64,000 bases of DNA from an uncultured Chloroflexia bacterium (lineage in GTDB: Bacteria; Chloroflexota; Chloroflexia; Thermomicrobiales; UBA6265). The DNA is taken from the NCBI GenBank assembly GCA_963724295.1, contig CAVRUC010000007.1, positions 160,001-224,000 on the forward strand. The letters run 5' to 3'. The notes beneath the pieces are model-generated. The model was not told the DNA's origin and ran no database searches. It saw only the letters and a program-made list of their open reading frames with translations. Shown piece by piece: positions 18,635-37,640 of this stretch. How positions within the stretch are numbered: position 1 is the stretch's first letter; each line of letters starts with the position of its first letter. A program made the translations under genes and the position numbers.

Positions 18635-21600
18635 TTGACTGTGGCATTGACGACGATTGAAGCAAATGGTGTCGCGGCGGCAAGCGCTGGTGGACTGCAG
18701 ACCGTTCTCTCCAACACCGGGATCGACCGGCGCTCATTCTCGCGCATCCCAACTGTCTGGGAGATGCCGGATCTCGTCCAGGTGCAGATCGAATCATTCG
18801 AGTGGTTCAAGCGGGAGGGTCTGCGCGAGCTCCTCGAAGAGATCTCCCCGATATCTGATCACCACAAGAAGATGGAGCTCACCTTCGGCGAATATCGGTT
18901 CGATGAGCCTTGGAAGCGATTGCCGGAACACCTTCAGCAGCAGGGAAAGGATGATCCTCGTATCGTCGAGCAGTTTTGCCGAGAGCGCGACATCACCTAC
19001 GCGTCACCTCTCCGTATCAAGGCAAAGCTGCGCGTCGTGAACCCGGAGACCGGCGAGATTCGCGAGATCGGGGCCGGCGAGGACGAAGACTCCGAAATTT
19101 TCATCGGCGACTTCCCGCTGATGACGACCGACGGGACGTTCATCATCAATGGCGCCGAGCGCGTGGTCGTGTCGCAGTTGGTCCGTTCTCCGGGCGTCTA
19201 CTTCGACCGCGCGACGGATCCCACGACCGGAAAACTGGTTTCCACCGCCAAACTCATCCCGAATCGCGGCGCCTGGCTCGAGTTCGAAACGTCCAACCGG
19301 GACGTCATGTCAGTCAAGGTCGATCGCAAGCGCAAGATGCCGGTGACCATTCTGCTCCGCGCCATCGGCATGACGGACGAGGAGCTGGAGACGGCGTTTG
19401 CCGACGTCGATACGAACCCGGATCGACCGTTCCTACGCACGACGCTGGAAAAGGATCCCACTCACGAAAAAGACGAGGCTCTGATCGAGCTCTACCGGCG
19501 GCTGCGGCCGGGTGACCCGCCGACGCGCGACAACGCGACCACGATGCTGGAAAACCTGTTCTTCAATGACCGGCGATACGACCTCGCGCGGGTCGGCCGG
19601 TACAAGTTGAACGAGCGCTTGCATCGTGAGAAGAGCGACGTAGCGCGGCCCGATAGCCGGATTCTCATGAGGGAAGATCTGATTGAGATCATCCGGGAGA
19701 TGATCCGACTCGCCAATGGGCTCGGTGAGCCGGACGACATCGACCACCTCGGCAACCGGCGCATTCGCGCGGTCGGCGAGCTGATTCAGATGCATGTCCG
19801 CACGGGGTTCCAGCGGCTCGAGCGCGGTATTCGGGAGCGGATGACGATCCAGGATCCGGAGACGGTCACGCCGAAAGGGCTGATCAGCACGACGCGGCCG
19901 GTGATGGCGGCGGTGCGGGAGTTCTTTGGCGGAAGCCAGCTCTCGCAGTTCATGGACCAGACGAACCCGCTTTCGGAGCTGACGCACAAGCGCCGATTGT
20001 CGGCGCTCGGTCCGGGAGGACTGAGCCGCGATCGGGCTGGCTTCGACGTACGTGACGTTCACCCGTCCCACTACGGGCGAATCTGCCCGATTGAGACTCC
20101 TGAAGGTCCGAACATCGGTCTGATTGGCTCGCTGGCGACCTATGGAAAGATCAACCAGTACGGGTTCATCGAGACGCCGTACCGGCGGGTGATCTCGCAA
20201 CTCGTGGTGGACGACCCTGCTCTTCCATTGGAAGGGCAAATCCTCCGCGACGATGCGGTCAATCCGGAAACTGGCAAGGTCGTGCTGGCCGCCGGCACGG
20301 TGCTGGGTGACGCTGAGATCAAGAAAATTCAGAAAGCAGGCATCAAGACGCTTCGCGTGAAGCCGGTGGCCTCGAGCATCATCGACTACCTGTCGGCGGA
20401 CAGAGAAGAACAAGTGATGATCGCCCAGGCCAATACGCCCCTGGACGAACAGAGCCGGCTCATCCCTGACCAGGTGGTCGTCCGCGTTGGAGGGGGCCAC
20501 CGATTCCCGGTCGTACCCTCCGAGCAGGTCGCCTACATGGATGTCTCGCCGAAGCAGGTCGTCTCAGTGGCGACGTCGTTGATCCCGTTCCTGGAGCACG
20601 ACGACGCAAACCGCGCGCTGATGGGCGCCAACATGCAGAAGCAGGCAGTCCCGTTGCTGCAACCACGGGCGCCAGTCGTTGGAACAGGCGTCGAGCACCA
20701 GGCGGCCCGGGACTCCGGGCAAGTGCTGGTCGCCGGGCAAAACGGCGAGGTGCGGTCGGTCAGCGGACGCCAGATCGTCATCGCCGATGACGAGGGCAAT
20801 GTCCACGAGTACAACCTGCAGAAGTTTGTTCGCTCGAACCAGGACACGTGCATCAATCAACGGCCGAGCGTTCGTCTGGGTGACCGCGTAACGGTCGGTC
20901 AGATCATCGCCGACTCATCTTCAACGGAAAATGGAGAGCTCGCTCTCGGGCAAAACGTCGTCGTCGCGTTCATGCCCTGGGAGGGCGGAAACTTTGAGGA
21001 CGCCATCCTGATCAGCGAGCGGCTCGTACGGGACGACGTCTTCACCTCGATCCACATCGAGAAGTATGAGACCGAGGCCCGGGATACCAAGTTGGGTCCG
21101 GAGGAGATTACCCGCGACATCCCGAACGTTGGCGAGGAGAGTCTGGCCAACCTCGATGAGAACGGCGTCATCCGCATCGGGGCTGAAGTCCGCCCGAATG
21201 ACATTCTGGTGGGAAAGGTCACCCCGCGCGGTGAAACCGAGCTGAGTGCCGAGGAGCGCCTGCTGCGCGCGATCTTCGGCGAGAAGGCGCGCGAGGTGAA
21301 GGACACCTCACTCCGTGTGCCTCACGGGGTTCACGGCAAGATCATCGATGTCAAGACGTTTCGCCGGGATGACGAATCCGACCACGAGCTTCCGGCCGGT
21401 GTCAACGAAATGGTCCGAGTCAGCATCGCTCAAAAGCGAAAGATCTCCGAGGGCGACAAGATGGCCGGCCGGCACGGCAATAAGGGAGTCATCTCCCGGA
21501 TTCTGCCGATGGAGGATATGCCGTTCCTCCCGGATGGCACCTCGGTCGACATCATCCTGAACCCGATCGGTGTGCCTTCGCGCATGAACCTCGGTCAGGT

Positions 21601-22228
21601 GCTGGAGACACACCTCGGCTGGGCCGCGTCCAAACTCGGCTTCCGTGTCGCAACGCCGGTGTTCGACGGCGCGCGCGAAGACGAGATCAAGGAACTTCTC
21701 ACGGCCGCGGGGTTGCCGGAGGACGGCAAGGTCGACCTCTACGACGGCCGTACCGGAGAGAAGTTCGATCGGCCGGTGACCGTCGGCGTCATCTATATGT
21801 TGAAGCTGGCCCACCTCGTCGAAGACAAGATCCATGCGCGATCAACCGGACCGTACTCGCTCGTGACACAGCAGCCACTGGGCGGGAAGGCGCAATTCGG
21901 AGGGCAGCGATTCGGGGAGATGGAAGTCTGGGCGCTCTACGCCTACGGCGCCGCATATACCCTGCAGGAAATGCTGACTGTCAAGTCAGACGACACCGTC
22001 GGCCGGGTGAAGACGTACGAGGCGATCGTCAAGGGTGACGAGATCACCGGCGCGGGTGTACCGGAGTCGTTCAAGGTTCTGGTGAAGGAGCTTCGCTCCC
22101 TCGGTCTGTCGATCGACGTAATCAACGAGGACGAGCAGACCGTGGAGTTTGCCGAGGATAACTCGCGGGACCTGCTCTCGAATCTCGATCGAATCAACTT
22201 GAGCGGTTACGAAAAGACCGCTGACTAG
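18635..22228 (+). CDS. rpoB: RNA polymerase beta subunit
   Basis: Motifs [50 protein letters not shown]. Confidence 0.99.
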   Translation: MTVALTTIEANGVAAASAGGLQTVLSNTGIDRRSFSRIPTVWEMPDLVQVQIESFEWFKREGLRELLEEISPISDHHKKMELTFGEYRFDEPWKRLPEHLQQQGKDDPRIVEQFCRERDITYASPLRIKAKLRVVNPETGEIREIGAGEDEDSEIFIGDFPLMTTDGTFIINGAERVVVSQLVRSPGVYFDRATDPTTGKLVSTAKLIPNRGAWLEFETSNRDVMSVKVDRKRKMPVTILLRAIGMTDEELETAFADVDTNPDRPFLRTTLEKDPTHEKDEALIELYRRLRPGDPPTRDNATTMLENLFFNDRRYDLARVGRYKLNERLHREKSDVARPDSRILMREDLIEIIREMIRLANGLGEPDDIDHLGNRRIRAVGELIQMHVRTGFQRLERGIRERMTIQDPETVTPKGLISTTRPVMAAVREFFGGSQLSQFMDQTNPLSELTHKRRLSALGPGGLSRDRAGFDVRDVHPSHYGRICPIETPEGPNIGLIGSLATYGKINQYGFIETPYRRVISQLVVDDPALPLEGQILRDDAVNPETGKVVLAAGTVLGDAEIKKIQKAGIKTLRVKPVASSIIDYLSADREEQVMIAQANTPLDEQSRLIPDQVVVRVGGGHRFPVVPSEQVAYMDVSPKQVVSVATSLIPFLEHDDANRALMGANMQKQAVPLLQPRAPVVGTGVEHQAARDSGQVLVAGQNGEVRSVSGRQIVIADDEGNVHEYNLQKFVRSNQDTCINQRPSVRLGDRVTVGQIIADSSSTENGELALGQNVVVAFMPWEGGNFEDAILISERLVRDDVFTSIHIEKYETEARDTKLGPEEITRDIPNVGEESLANLDENGVIRIGAEVRPNDILVGKVTPRGETELSAEERLLRAIFGEKAREVKDTSLRVPHGVHGKIIDVKTFRRDDESDHELPAGVNEMVRVSIAQKRKISEGDKMAGRHGNKGVISRILPMEDMPFLPDGTSVDIILNPIGVPSRMNLGQVLETHLGWAASKLGFRVATPVFDGAREDEIKELLTAAGLPEDGKVDLYDGRTGEKFDRPVTVGVIYMLKLAHLVEDKIHARSTGPYSLVTQQPLGGKAQFGGQRFGEMEVWALYAYGAAYTLQEMLTVKSDDTVGRVKTYEAIVKGDEITGAGVPESFKVLVKELRSLGLSIDVINEDEQTVEFAEDNSRDLLSNLDRINLSGYEKTAD

Positions 22229-22299
22229 CTGCACTCATCAGACGGAGCCGGCCCGCTGCGGGGAGCACCCCGCACGGGGCCGGCAACACCGGAGGGAAA

Positions 22300-26883
<4,584 letters not shown>

Positions 26884-26893
26884 CGTTTGCAGA

Positions 26894-26928
26894 GGCGTTG
26901 GCCGGACCTCGTTGGTCCGGCCAACGCC
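26894..26928 (+). terminator. 15-bp hairpin after rpoC
   Basis: GGCGTTGGCCGGACC-TCGTT-GGTCCGGCCAACGCC. Confidence 0.65.
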
Positions 26929-26950
26929 CTGTCGACGAGTCGAAATCGGC

Positions 26951-26979
26951 TTGACATCGCACCGAATATCGCGTAAAGT
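26951..26979 (+). promoter_or_regulatory. str operon promoter
   Basis: TTGACA-17 bp-TAAAGT. Confidence 0.7.
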
Positions 26980-27108
26980 ACCCGCTTGTGTCCGTCGCAA
27001 GGCGGACATATACGTGAGGTTTGTTCCTCACATGGCAGGTGGCGCCGCAGCTGCTGTTTTGGCAGAGCACGGTACTCGGAAACGCCCCCTGTCCTGCTAG
27101 GAGTCATC

Positions 27109-27531
27109 GTGCCGACGATCAATCAGTTGGTTCGTAAGGGCCGCAAGAGCGTCAAGAAGAAGACCAAGGCGCCTGCGCTGGGGTTCACCAGCAATGCGCT
27201 TGGGCGTTACGCCGGCCGTCTTCGGGGGGGAACTCATTCCCCGCAGAAGCGTGGTGTGTGTACCCAGGTCAAGACTATGACGCCGAAGAAGCCCAATTCG
27301 GCGCTGCGCAAAATCGCCAGGGTTCGCCTGACCAACGGTATGGAGGTCACCGCGTATATCCCCGGCGAAGGGCACAATCTTCAGGAGCACTCCGTCGTGC
27401 TGGTGCGCGGAGGTCGGGTGAAAGACCTGCCCGGCGTTCGTTACCACATCGTACGCGGTACCCTGGATGCCCGCGGTGTAGACAACCGCAAGCAAGCGCG
27501 GTCGAAATACGGGACCAAGGCGCCGAAGTAG
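27109..27531 (+). CDS. rpsL: 30S ribosomal protein S12
   Basis: [31 protein letters not shown]. Confidence 0.98.
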   Translation: MPTINQLVRKGRKSVKKKTKAPALGFTSNALGRYAGRLRGGTHSPQKRGVCTQVKTMTPKKPNSALRKIARVRLTNGMEVTAYIPGEGHNLQEHSVVLVRGGRVKDLPGVRYHIVRGTLDARGVDNRKQARSKYGTKAPK

Positions 27532-27732
27532 GGCGCACAGCGCGCTCGAGGATATGCTGGCAACAGTGATCCTCTAGGCCCCATCCGCTACGGCGGATCT
27601 GATTGAACACGGTGCGAGAAGCGGCCGGACGTCTTTGGACGTTCACCGCTTTTTCGTGTGTATGGAGAACCCGTTGCGCTGCATCGGGTCGACGGAGCAG
27701 CGGCCGCCGGCGCCGCGATCGAGGGAACGGAT

Positions 27733-28206
27733 ATGCCACGTCGGGCAAAGGTCGAGCGCAGGATTCCAGCACCGGACGCGCGCTATCAGAGCGAGGTCCT
27801 TGCGCGGTTCATCAACAAGGTGATGGAGCGCGGCAAGAAGGGCACCGCCGAGCGCATCGTCTATGGAGCGTTGGATCGGATTGCGGACCGGACCGGCAGG
27901 GCCCCGCTTGAAGTGTTCGAGCAGGCCCTCGGGAACGCGACGCCGGTGATCGAAGTCAAGCCCCGCCGGGTCGGCGGCGCGACGTACCAGGTTCCGGTGC
28001 AGATTGAAGGCCCCCGCCGCCAGTCCCTCGCTATGCGGTGGCTCTTGACCTCAGCTCGAGGCCGTCCTGGCAAGTCGATGCAGGAGAAGCTGGCTAACGA
28101 GCTTCTTGACGCCTTCAACAACACCGGCGCCACGATCAAGCGCCGCGAGGACACCCATAGGATGGCCGAGGCGAACCGCGCCTTCTCGCATTACGGACGC
28201 TTCTAG
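27733..28206 (+). CDS. rpsG: 30S ribosomal protein S7
   Basis: [22 protein letters not shown]. Confidence 0.98.
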   Translation: MPRRAKVERRIPAPDARYQSEVLARFINKVMERGKKGTAERIVYGALDRIADRTGRAPLEVFEQALGNATPVIEVKPRRVGGATYQVPVQIEGPRRQSLAMRWLLTSARGRPGKSMQEKLANELLDAFNNTGATIKRREDTHRMAEANRAFSHYGRF

Positions 28207-28312
28207 CCGCTGCAGGACAGCCGTCGGCCACTCGCGGGACGCGATTGAGCCGCTCTGAGCAGGAAAACGGACTGTCTCGCCGGCACCATGTTTAGGATCA
28301 ATAAGGAACGCA

Positions 28313-30424
28313 ATGAGTATTGCCACCGCGACAAGACCCGCGTCTACAGACGCCGAGACCATGCTTGCGAAGACCCGCAACATCGGGATCATCGCGCATA
28401 TTGATGCGGGCAAAACAACCACGACCGAGCGCATCCTCTATTACACGGGGCGAGTTCACCGTCCGGGTGAGGTGCACGAAGGCGCTGCCACGATGGACTG
28501 GATGGTCCAGGAGCGCGAGCGCGGCATCACGATCACCGCGGCGGCGACGACCTGCTCGTGGGACGGCCATCGCATCAACATCATCGATACGCCGGGCCAC
28601 GTGGACTTCACCGTCGAAGTGGAGCGATCGCTGCGCGTGCTCGATGGTGGCGTCGTCGTCTTTGATGCCGTCGCCGGCGTCGAGCCTCAGTCGGAGACGG
28701 TCTGGCGGCAGGCGGATAAGTACGGCGTGCCGCGTATCTGCTTCGTCAACAAGATGGACCGCACTGGCGCGTCATTCACCCGCACGGTCGAGATGATCGT
28801 CGAACGCTTGAAGGCGGTCCCGGCACCGATCCAGCTTCCCATCGGCGCTGAATCGAACTTCACCGGCATCATCGATCTGATCGATGAAGTCGCCTACATG
28901 TTTCACGACGAGATGGGGCAGAACATCGAGCGGACCGAGATTCCGGCCGCGATGGCTGAGGAGGCCAGAGCCGCTCGTCACCATTTGGTCGAGCTGATCG
29001 CCGAGTCCGACGAGGAGCTGATGATGCGCTACCTCGAGGACGATGTGCTGAGCCCGGACGAGCTACGAGCTGGGCTGCGAGCCGCGACGGTTGGCGGCCG
29101 ACTCGTGCCCATTCTGGTAGGGAGCGCGCTGAAGAACAAAGGCGTGCAGTTGATGCTCGACGCGATCGTCGACTACCTGCCTTCGCCGCTCGACGTGCCT
29201 CCGGTGACCGGCATCGATCCGCGGACTGACGAAGAGGTGGTACGCACAGTCCAGCCGGGCGAGCCGTTCTCGGCCCTGGTGTTCAAGATCGCGGCTGACC
29301 CGCATGTCGGCAAGCTCGCATTCGTGCGCGTCTACTCCGGCAAATTGGAAGCCGGAAGCTATGCGTTGAACTCCACTAAGGGCGATCGCGAGCGAATTGG
29401 CCGGCTTCTGCAGATGCACGCGAATCACCGGGAAGACATTTCTTCGGTGAGCGCGGGTGACATCGCGGCAGTGATTGGCCTGAAAGCCACATTTACTGGC
29501 GACACGCTTTGCGATCCCGCGGCTCCCGTCGTGCTCGAGTCGATCACATTCCCCGAGCCGGTCATCTCCGTCTCGATCGAGCCCAAGACACGGGCCGATC
29601 AGGACAAGATGGGCGCCGCCCTGGGCCGGCTTGCCGAGGAGGACCCAACCTTCCGGTTGAGAACCAACGAGGAGACCGCTCAGACCGTCATCGAGGGAAT
29701 GGGCGAGCTTCACCTCGAGGTGATTGTCGATCGCTTGATGAGGGAGTTCCGGGTCGACGCGAACGTGGGACGACCGCAGGTCGCCTACAAAGAGACGATC
29801 ACGATTCCTGTCAAAGCCGAAGGGCGGCACATTCGACAATCGGGTGGCAAAGGTCAATACGGTCATGTCGTTGTCGAGTTCGAGCCGCAGGAGCGCGGCA
29901 AGGGCTACGAGTTCGAAGACAAGATCGTCGGCGGCGCCATCCCCAGAGAGTACATCTCCTCGGTCGATGCCGGTATCCGGGAGGCGCTATTGACCGGTGG
30001 CGACGCGGGATTCCCGATCGTCGACCTCAAAGCCCGTCTCGTCGACGGGTCGTACCACGAAGTCGACTCGTCCGAAATGGCATTCAAGATCGCCGGATCG
30101 CTGGCCCTGAAGGAGGGTGTGCGACGAGGTCGCAATGTGATTCTCGAACCGATTATGGAAGTCGAGGTCACCACGCCGGACGAGTTCATGGGTGAGGTAA
30201 TCGGCGATCTCAATGCCCGGCGCGGGCATATCCAGGGGATGGAGATGCGCGCCGGAGCTCAAGTCGTCAGGGCGTTCGTACCGCTGGCGACGATGTTCGG
30301 GTACGCGACGGATCTCCGCTCGGCAACTCAGGGGCGTGCGACGTACTCGATGCAGTTCGATCACTATGCGCCGCTGCCGACAGCCCTGGCGCAGGAGATG
30401 GTCGCCAAGGCGCGGCGCGATTGA
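28313..30424 (+). CDS. fusA: Elongation factor G
   Basis: [30 protein letters not shown]. Confidence 0.99.
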   Translation: MSIATATRPASTDAETMLAKTRNIGIIAHIDAGKTTTTERILYYTGRVHRPGEVHEGAATMDWMVQERERGITITAAATTCSWDGHRINIIDTPGHVDFTVEVERSLRVLDGGVVVFDAVAGVEPQSETVWRQADKYGVPRICFVNKMDRTGASFTRTVEMIVERLKAVPAPIQLPIGAESNFTGIIDLIDEVAYMFHDEMGQNIERTEIPAAMAEEARAARHHLVELIAESDEELMMRYLEDDVLSPDELRAGLRAATVGGRLVPILVGSALKNKGVQLMLDAIVDYLPSPLDVPPVTGIDPRTDEEVVRTVQPGEPFSALVFKIAADPHVGKLAFVRVYSGKLEAGSYALNSTKGDRERIGRLLQMHANHREDISSVSAGDIAAVIGLKATFTGDTLCDPAAPVVLESITFPEPVISVSIEPKTRADQDKMGAALGRLAEEDPTFRLRTNEETAQTVIEGMGELHLEVIVDRLMREFRVDANVGRPQVAYKETITIPVKAEGRHIRQSGGKGQYGHVVVEFEPQERGKGYEFEDKIVGGAIPREYISSVDAGIREALLTGGDAGFPIVDLKARLVDGSYHEVDSSEMAFKIAGSLALKEGVRRGRNVILEPIMEVEVTTPDEFMGEVIGDLNARRGHIQGMEMRAGAQVVRAFVPLATMFGYATDLRSATQGRATYSMQFDHYAPLPTALAQEMVAKARRD

Positions 30425-30524
30425 TTCTAACCGGCGGTGTTTCCGCCGGGCGAATGTTGGAGCACGTAACGGATTCACGACGCCACTCCGAGTGAGTGAC
30501 TAGGCGAGAGGAGCCAGGGGAGCG

Positions 30525-31724
<1,200 letters not shown>

Positions 31725-31772
31725 GAAGCTTTTCGGCGCGCTGGGCGCGGCCGTACGCAGGAGTAATGAACG

Positions 31773-32093
31773 ATGGTCGCGCGCAAGCCGAGTCAGCGGA
31801 TCCGCATCCGCCTCAAAGCCTATGACCACAAGGTGCTCGACCAATCGGCGAGCAAGATCGTCGAGACAGCGGAATCGACCGGCGCAAAAGTCGCCGGTCC
31901 CATCCCGCTGCCGACTCGGATTGAGAAGTTCTGCGTGATCCGGTCGCCGTTTATCGACAAGGATTCGCAGGAGCAGTTCGAAATCCGGACACATAAGCGG
32001 TTGATCGACGTGCTCGAGCCGAGCGGCAGCACGATTCGGTCGCTGATGCGACTGAATCTCCCCGCCGGGGTTGATATCGAAATCAAGTTGTAG
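31773..32093 (+). CDS. rpsJ: 30S ribosomal protein S10
   Basis: [30 protein letters not shown]. Confidence 0.98.
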   Translation: MVARKPSQRIRIRLKAYDHKVLDQSASKIVETAESTGAKVAGPIPLPTRIEKFCVIRSPFIDKDSQEQFEIRTHKRLIDVLEPSGSTIRSLMRLNLPAGVDIEIKL

Positions 32094-32199
32094 TGACGGC
32101 GCGAGGTCGCCCGTACGGGCGACCTTCGGCGCTGGACACGCTCTGCGGGCGGAGCCGGCCAATGAGCTGGGCCGCTTCCTGGGAGACAGGAGAGAGCCA

Positions 32200-32832
32200 A
32201 TGATCCAGGGGCTGATCGGAAAGAAACTGGGCATGTCCCAATTATTTGATGACACGGGGTTGGCCCACCCGGTCACGGTCCTCGAAGTTGGGCCGTGCGT
32301 GGTGACACAGATCAAGACGCCTGAGCGGGACGGCTATAGCGCTGTCCAGCTCGGATTTGGTCTCGATAAGCGGCTGAATCGGCCCGAGCGGGGTCACCGC
32401 CAGGGAAGCGGATTCATGTCGCGGACGTTGCGCGAGGTCAAAGCCAGCGACACTGCGGACATAGCCGTGGGCCAGGTCATCACTGCCGACGCATTCGCCG
32501 AGGGCGAGTTGGTCGACGTTACCGGCACTTCCAAGGGGCGGGGTTTCCAGGGCGTGGTCAAGCGCCACGGCTTCCGGGGCGGCCCGAAAACGCACGGTCA
32601 ATCGGACCGGCTGCGGGCGCCCGGCTCGATTGGTTCGAGCGCTACTCCGGGGCGGGTGTTCAAGGGAATGCGGATGGCGGGACGGATGGGCAATGACCGC
32701 GTCACGGTCCAGAACCTCAAGGTGCTGCGGGTCGACCCTGAGCGAAACCTGCTTCTGGTCGAAGGGTCGGTGCCCGGAGCGAACGAGAGCCTGGTGATGG
32801 TCCGGCGTGCGGTCAAGTCGGGGAAGAAGTAA
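32200..32832 (+). CDS. rplC: 50S ribosomal protein L3
   Basis: [22 protein letters not shown]. Confidence 0.97.
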   Translation: MIQGLIGKKLGMSQLFDDTGLAHPVTVLEVGPCVVTQIKTPERDGYSAVQLGFGLDKRLNRPERGHRQGSGFMSRTLREVKASDTADIAVGQVITADAFAEGELVDVTGTSKGRGFQGVVKRHGFRGGPKTHGQSDRLRAPGSIGSSATPGRVFKGMRMAGRMGNDRVTVQNLKVLRVDPERNLLLVEGSVPGANESLVMVRRAVKSGKK

Positions 32833-32887
32833 TGGCCTTCGCGCTGATAGCAGCCGCCGGAGTTCCGGTCCGGCCCCGGAGATTGAC

Positions 32888-33601
32888 ATGATCATTGATG
32901 TGTATGACAGGCAAGGTCAAGTGGTCGAGCAGACCGAGTTGGATGATTCGGTGTGGGCCATTGAACCGAATATTCCGGTGATGCATCAGGCGCTGCTGCG
33001 GCAGCTCGCCAATGCGCGACTCGGCACGCGGGATACCAAGACCCGCGGTGAGGTGCGCGGCGGCGGTGCCAAGCCATGGCGGCAAAAGGGAACCGGGCGC
33101 GCGCGGCAGGGGTCGATCCGATCGCCACAGTGGACCGGCGGTGGTGTCGTCTGGGGGCCGCACCAGCGGTCCTTCCATCAGGACATGCCTCGGAAGATGC
33201 GGCGCCTGGCGGTTCGTTCGGCACTTTCGGCCAAGGCGCGCGATGAGCGCCTGACCGTGGTTGCCGGCCTGGCCGACATCGAGCCGAAGACGAAAGCAAT
33301 GAAAGAAGTTCTCTCCGCATTTCCTGAGAGCAGGTCAGTGCTGATCGTCACTGATGGCAAGGTGGAATCGATTCGAAAGTCAGCAGGTAACTTGCCCGGT
33401 GTCTGGGTCGTCGACGCGAGATATCTGAACGTCAGGGACATCCTCAAGTTCGATCGCATGCTCGTCGTGCGGGAAGCGATCCCGGCCGTGGAAGGCCTGT
33501 GGGGGCTTCCCGAAGACCGACGTGAACCGAGTTCCTGGAGGCAGGAGCGTGTGGCGCGCCGCGCTGACAACGCCGCCGTCGCCGGGGTGAAGGGGGCTTA
33601 G
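32888..33601 (+). CDS. rplD: 50S ribosomal protein L4
   Basis: [26 protein letters not shown]. Confidence 0.97.
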   Translation: MIIDVYDRQGQVVEQTELDDSVWAIEPNIPVMHQALLRQLANARLGTRDTKTRGEVRGGGAKPWRQKGTGRARQGSIRSPQWTGGGVVWGPHQRSFHQDMPRKMRRLAVRSALSAKARDERLTVVAGLADIEPKTKAMKEVLSAFPESRSVLIVTDGKVESIRKSAGNLPGVWVVDARYLNVRDILKFDRMLVVREAIPAVEGLWGLPEDRREPSSWRQERVARRADNAAVAGVKGA

Positions 33602-33913
33602 GTGCCAGCGCTGACAGTCGATCAAGTCATTGTCCGGCCATTGATCACCGAGAAGAACACTGACCTCATGGAGCAGGACCAGTACACGTTTGAGGTGGCG
33701 ACGGTCGCGAACAAGATTCAGATCCGCGAAGCCGTTGAGAAGCTCTTCAACGTTCGGGTGAAGGCGGTCAATACCATGAACGTGAAGGGTTCGCGCCGCT
33801 CGCGCGCGATCCGGCGCGGCCGAAGCCGGATCTACGGACAGGAACGAACCTGGAAGAAGGCGGTTGTCACCCTCTTTCCAGGTCAGCGCATCGACGTCTT
33901 CGAGCAGGTCTAG
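33602..33913 (+). CDS. rplW: 50S ribosomal protein L23
   Basis: [15 protein letters not shown]. Confidence 0.96.
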   Translation: MPALTVDQVIVRPLITEKNTDLMEQDQYTFEVATVANKIQIREAVEKLFNVRVKAVNTMNVKGSRRSRAIRRGRSRIYGQERTWKKAVVTLFPGQRIDVFEQV

Positions 33914-33947
33914 CTGGCTCCGGATACGCAAGGACAAGGACGCGCAA

Positions 33948-34778
33948 ATGCCGATTCGCATCTACAAGCCAACTTCGCCAGGCCGGCGCTCGATGAGCGT
34001 CAGCACCTTCGAGGAGATCACCAAGAAGGAACCCGAAAAGAGCCTCATCGAGCCGCTGAAGAAGCACGCCGGTCGCAACAACCGGGGCCGAATTACGACC
34101 CGGCATCGGGGCGGCGGGCACAAGCGGTTCTACCGGATCATCGACTTCAAGCGGAACAAGACCGGTATTCCAGCCAAGGTGGCCGCCATCGAGTACGACC
34201 CAAACCGGTCCTCTCGCATCGCACTGCTGCACTACGTTGACGGCGAAAAGCGCTACATGCTGGCTCCAGTTGGCATGTCGGTGGGCGACATGGTGATTTC
34301 GGGACCTGAAGCGCCAATCCGGACGGGCAATGCCATGCCGCTGCGCAACATTCCTACCGGGACCCAGATTCATAACATCGAGCTCTATCCGGGCAAGGGC
34401 GGTCAGATGTGCCGCTCCGCTGGAACGTCGGCGCAACTGATGGCGAAGTCTGACGACTACGCGCAGATCCGGATGCCGTCAGGAGAGGTGCGGCTGGTCC
34501 ACCTCAACTGTATGGCGACCCTGGGACAGGTCGGCAACGTCGACCACGAGAACATCGTTATTGGGAAAGCCGGTCGAAATCGGCATCGGGGACGGAGACC
34601 AACCGTTCGCGGGTCGGCCATGAACCCGCGGGACCATCCGCATGGCGGCGGCGAGGGCAAGGCCCCGATCGGCGGACAGCCGAAGACGAAGTGGGGAAAG
34701 CCGGTGCAGGCTCGCACCCGCAACAACAAGCGCACGGATTCGATGATTGTCCGGCGCCGCACCACGAAGCGAAAGTAA
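33948..34778 (+). CDS. rplB: 50S ribosomal protein L2
   Basis: [25 protein letters not shown]. Confidence 0.98.
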   Translation: MPIRIYKPTSPGRRSMSVSTFEEITKKEPEKSLIEPLKKHAGRNNRGRITTRHRGGGHKRFYRIIDFKRNKTGIPAKVAAIEYDPNRSSRIALLHYVDGEKRYMLAPVGMSVGDMVISGPEAPIRTGNAMPLRNIPTGTQIHNIELYPGKGGQMCRSAGTSAQLMAKSDDYAQIRMPSGEVRLVHLNCMATLGQVGNVDHENIVIGKAGRNRHRGRRPTVRGSAMNPRDHPHGGGEGKAPIGGQPKTKWGKPVQARTRNNKRTDSMIVRRRTTKRK

Positions 34779-34793
34779 GCGAGGAGGCACTTC

Positions 34794-35075
34794 GTGTCGA
34801 GATCGTCCAAGAAGGGACCCTATATCGACGCCAAACTGCAGGAAAAGATCGAGACGCTCAATCGCACGAATGAGCGGCGTGTGATCCGCACCTGGGCTCG
34901 GGCATCGACGATCTTCCCTGGCATGGTTGGCCACACGGTGGCCGTGCACAACGGCAAGGTTCACGTCCCGATCTTCGTCTCGGAGCAGATGGTCGGGCAC
35001 AAACTCGGTGAATTCGCGCCCACGCGAACTTTCCGTGGACACGGCAAAGACGCTGACCGGCGCGGTCGGCGGTAG
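34794..35075 (+). CDS. rpsS: 30S ribosomal protein S19
   Basis: [21 protein letters not shown]. Confidence 0.98.
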   Translation: MSRSSKKGPYIDAKLQEKIETLNRTNERRVIRTWARASTIFPGMVGHTVAVHNGKVHVPIFVSEQMVGHKLGEFAPTRTFRGHGKDADRRGRR

Positions 35076-35100
35076 CGGCGTCGGGGAGACAGCAACGACG

Positions 35101-35439
35101 ATGGAAGTTCGAGCAAGTGTGACTGGCGTCCGCGTCTCCCCGCGGAAGGCGCGGCTGGTCGTTGATGCGGTGCGCGGCAAACGAGTGCTGGATGCGATCG
35201 CGCTGACGCGGTTCATGCCACAGAAAACCGCCGTTGACGTCGGCAAGCTACTGAAATCTGTGGCGGCAAACGCGGAGAACAATTACGACATGGATCCGGA
35301 AGATCTCTGGATCAAGGCGATCTACGCCGATGAAGGGCCATCATTCCGCCGCTTCAAGGCGAAGGCGAGAGGCCGCGTGGGCCGCATCATCCGCCGCAAC
35401 ACGCACATGACTGTGATCGCAGAGGAGCGGAGAAGCTAA
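35101..35439 (+). CDS. rplV: 50S ribosomal protein L22
   Basis: [20 protein letters not shown]. Confidence 0.96.
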   Translation: MEVRASVTGVRVSPRKARLVVDAVRGKRVLDAIALTRFMPQKTAVDVGKLLKSVAANAENNYDMDPEDLWIKAIYADEGPSFRRFKAKARGRVGRIIRRNTHMTVIAEERRS

Positions 35440-36125
35440 TGGGACGCAAGGTCAATCCGATTGGATTTCGTCTGGGCATCGTAACCGATTGGGAGTCGAA
35501 GTGGTATGCGGAGCGCAACTACACGGAGCAGCTTCATGAAGATCTGCGCATCAGGCGGCTGATAATGAACGAGCTGACTCGGGCTGGCATCTCCAGGATC
35601 GAGTTGGAGCGCTCGGCGAACAAGGTCGACGTGACACTCCACACATCGAAACCCGGCATCGTTATCGGGAAGCAAGGCGCCAATGTGGAGCGCCTGCGCC
35701 AGATGCTCGAGCAAGCGATCGACAAGAAAGTGCATCTTCGGATTGAAGAGATCAAGGTGCCGGAGATCGATGCCAAACTGATAGCGGAAAGCATCGCCGA
35801 GCAGATTTCCCGCCGCGTCGCCTATCGCAGGGCTATGAAGCACGCCGTGCAGCAGGCAATGCGCCGGGGAGCGAAGGGCGTAAAGATCACGCTTTCCGGA
35901 CGACTGGGCGGTGCCGAGATGAGCCGCTCCGTGACCGAGATGGACGGCCGAGTGCCTCGCTCGACGCTTCGAGCGGATATCGATTTCGGGGTTGTCCACG
36001 CACACACGACGTACGGCCGTATTGGCGTCAAGGTGTGGGTGTACAAGGGCGAAGTCTTGCCCGAGCGGGCTCCGGTCACCGCGGCGACGCTGACCGCGGA
36101 CCTGGCGGCTATTACCGGTGACTAG
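35439..36125 (+). CDS. rpsC: 30S ribosomal protein S3
   Basis: [28 protein letters not shown]. Confidence 0.98.
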   Translation: MGRKVNPIGFRLGIVTDWESKWYAERNYTEQLHEDLRIRRLIMNELTRAGISRIELERSANKVDVTLHTSKPGIVIGKQGANVERLRQMLEQAIDKKVHLRIEEIKVPEIDAKLIAESIAEQISRRVAYRRAMKHAVQQAMRRGAKGVKITLSGRLGGAEMSRSVTEMDGRVPRSTLRADIDFGVVHAHTTYGRIGVKVWVYKGEVLPERAPVTAATLTADLAAITGD

Positions 36126-36182
36126 CAGGCTGGCAGCCGGGACCAGTCCCGGAGGCTTCGTTCGCAAGCAGGAGCGTCGATC

Positions 36183-36653
36183 ATGTTGATGCCGAAGCGG
36201 ACCAAATATCGAAAGATGATGCGGGGCCGCATGACCGGCAAAGCGTATCGTGGCGTTGAGATCTCGTTTGGCGAGTTTGCCCTGCAAGCAATGGAGCCGG
36301 CATGGGTGAGCAGTCGGCAGATCGAAGCCGCCCGACGCGCGGTGACCAACTACCTGAAGCGCGGCGGTAAGGTCTGGATTCGCATCTTTCCGGACAAACC
36401 GGTGACGCATAAGCCGGCCGAGACGCGGATGGGTTCCGGCAAGGGCAACCCGGAGTACTGGGTTGCAGTGGTCAAGCCGGGACGGGTCTTGTTCGAGGTC
36501 GCCGGCGTAACTCGGGCTCAGGCAGAGGAGGCGCTCCGCCGCGCCGCGATGAAGATGCCGATGGATTGCCGTTTCATTGAGCGGCAGCACATTGGCGTGG
36601 CGACCACCTCAGAAGACGCTGAGAGCGATGTTGCCGAGGAGGTGGTGGCATGA
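36183..36653 (+). CDS. rplP: 50S ribosomal protein L16
   Basis: [18 protein letters not shown]. Confidence 0.98.
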   Translation: MLMPKRTKYRKMMRGRMTGKAYRGVEISFGEFALQAMEPAWVSSRQIEAARRAVTNYLKRGGKVWIRIFPDKPVTHKPAETRMGSGKGNPEYWVAVVKPGRVLFEVAGVTRAQAEEALRRAAMKMPMDCRFIERQHIGVATTSEDAESDVAEEVVA

Positions 36654-36877
36654 AGCCGGCAGAGATCCGAGCGATGGATGACGACAAACTCAGTGAACAA
36701 GTCGCAGACCTACTGGCGGAATGGCGCAATTTGCGTTTCCAGCAGGCTGTTGGGCAGCTGACAGCGACGGCGCGCACCCGGCAGATCCGGAAAGACATCG
36801 CCCGGATCAAGACGATTCAGACCGAGCGCGAAATCGAAGCTGAACTAGCGACGCTCGCTAGTGCATCGGGAAATTAA
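36650..36877 (+). CDS. rpmC: 50S ribosomal protein L29
   Basis: NLRFQ..GQL...RKDIARIKT; expected position. Confidence 0.95.
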   Translation: MKPAEIRAMDDDKLSEQVADLLAEWRNLRFQQAVGQLTATARTRQIRKDIARIKTIQTEREIEAELATLASASGN

Positions 36878-36904
36878 CGCCGAGTGGCAGTGCGAGGAAC
36901 AGCA

Positions 36905-37201
36905 ATGAGTGAAAGCGTGGCTAAGGCAGTGGAAGTGGCGCCAGCCCAACCGCCGCGGACGCAAAAAATCGGCAGAGTCGTGAGCGACAAGATGGAGAAG
37001 ACCGTGGTGGTTGCGGTGGACTCCGTGCGCCGCCACCCCCTGTATCGCAAGCGCATCACGCGCACGAGCAAATTTCTTGCCCACGACGAGCAGAACGCGT
37101 GCAAACCGGGCGACATCGTCCGGATAGAGGAAACGCGGCCACTTTCCAAGCGAAAGCGATGGATTGTTCGTGAAATAGTCGAGCGGGGTGTGCAGATCTA
37201 G
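36905..37201 (+). CDS. rpsQ: 30S ribosomal protein S17
   Basis: [22 protein letters not shown]. Confidence 0.97.
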   Translation: MSESVAKAVEVAPAQPPRTQKIGRVVSDKMEKTVVVAVDSVRRHPLYRKRITRTSKFLAHDEQNACKPGDIVRIEETRPLSKRKRWIVREIVERGVQI

Positions 37202-37238
37202 CGGCGTCGAGCCACAGATCGCGAACAGGAGCAAGACG

Positions 37239-37607
37239 GTGATCCAACAAGAATCGCGATTGCGCGTCGCCGACAATAGTGGAGCGAAGGAGCTTCTCTG
37301 CATCCGCGTGCTCGGCGGCTCCGGACGCAAGTACGGTGGGGTCGGAGACACGATTATCGCGACAGTCAAACAAGCGCAGCCGAACGCGGCGGTTAAGAAG
37401 GGCGAAGTGGTGCGCGCGGTTGTCGTGCGAACCGCTCAAGAGTATGGCCGTCCCGACGGTAGCCACATCAAATTCGATGACAACGCTGCCGTGCTGATCA
37501 ACAACCAGGGGGCGCCGCGCGGAACACGCATCTTCGGGCCGGTGGGCCGAGAACTGCGAGAGCGACAGTTCATGCGGATCGTATCCCTCGCCCCAGAGGT
37601 TCTTTAG
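37239..37607 (+). CDS. rplN: 50S ribosomal protein L14
   Basis: [23 protein letters not shown]. Confidence 0.98.
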   Translation: MIQQESRLRVADNSGAKELLCIRVLGGSGRKYGGVGDTIIATVKQAQPNAAVKKGEVVRAVVVRTAQEYGRPDGSHIKFDDNAAVLINNQGAPRGTRIFGPVGRELRERQFMRIVSLAPEVL

Positions 37608-37640
37608 GTCGCGGTACAGAGAGATCGGGAGCGTAAGAGG

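Noticed and set aside
19920..20140. Rifampicin-resistance region of rpoB (also the streptomycin sites in rpsL)
   Set aside because: The key residues look like the usual sensitive consensus
22247..22284. Hairpin between rpoB and rpoC (also 32103-32126 between rpsJ and rplC)
   Set aside because: Simple GC stems without U-tracts, probably stability or processing elements; they share no sequence, so they are not a REP family
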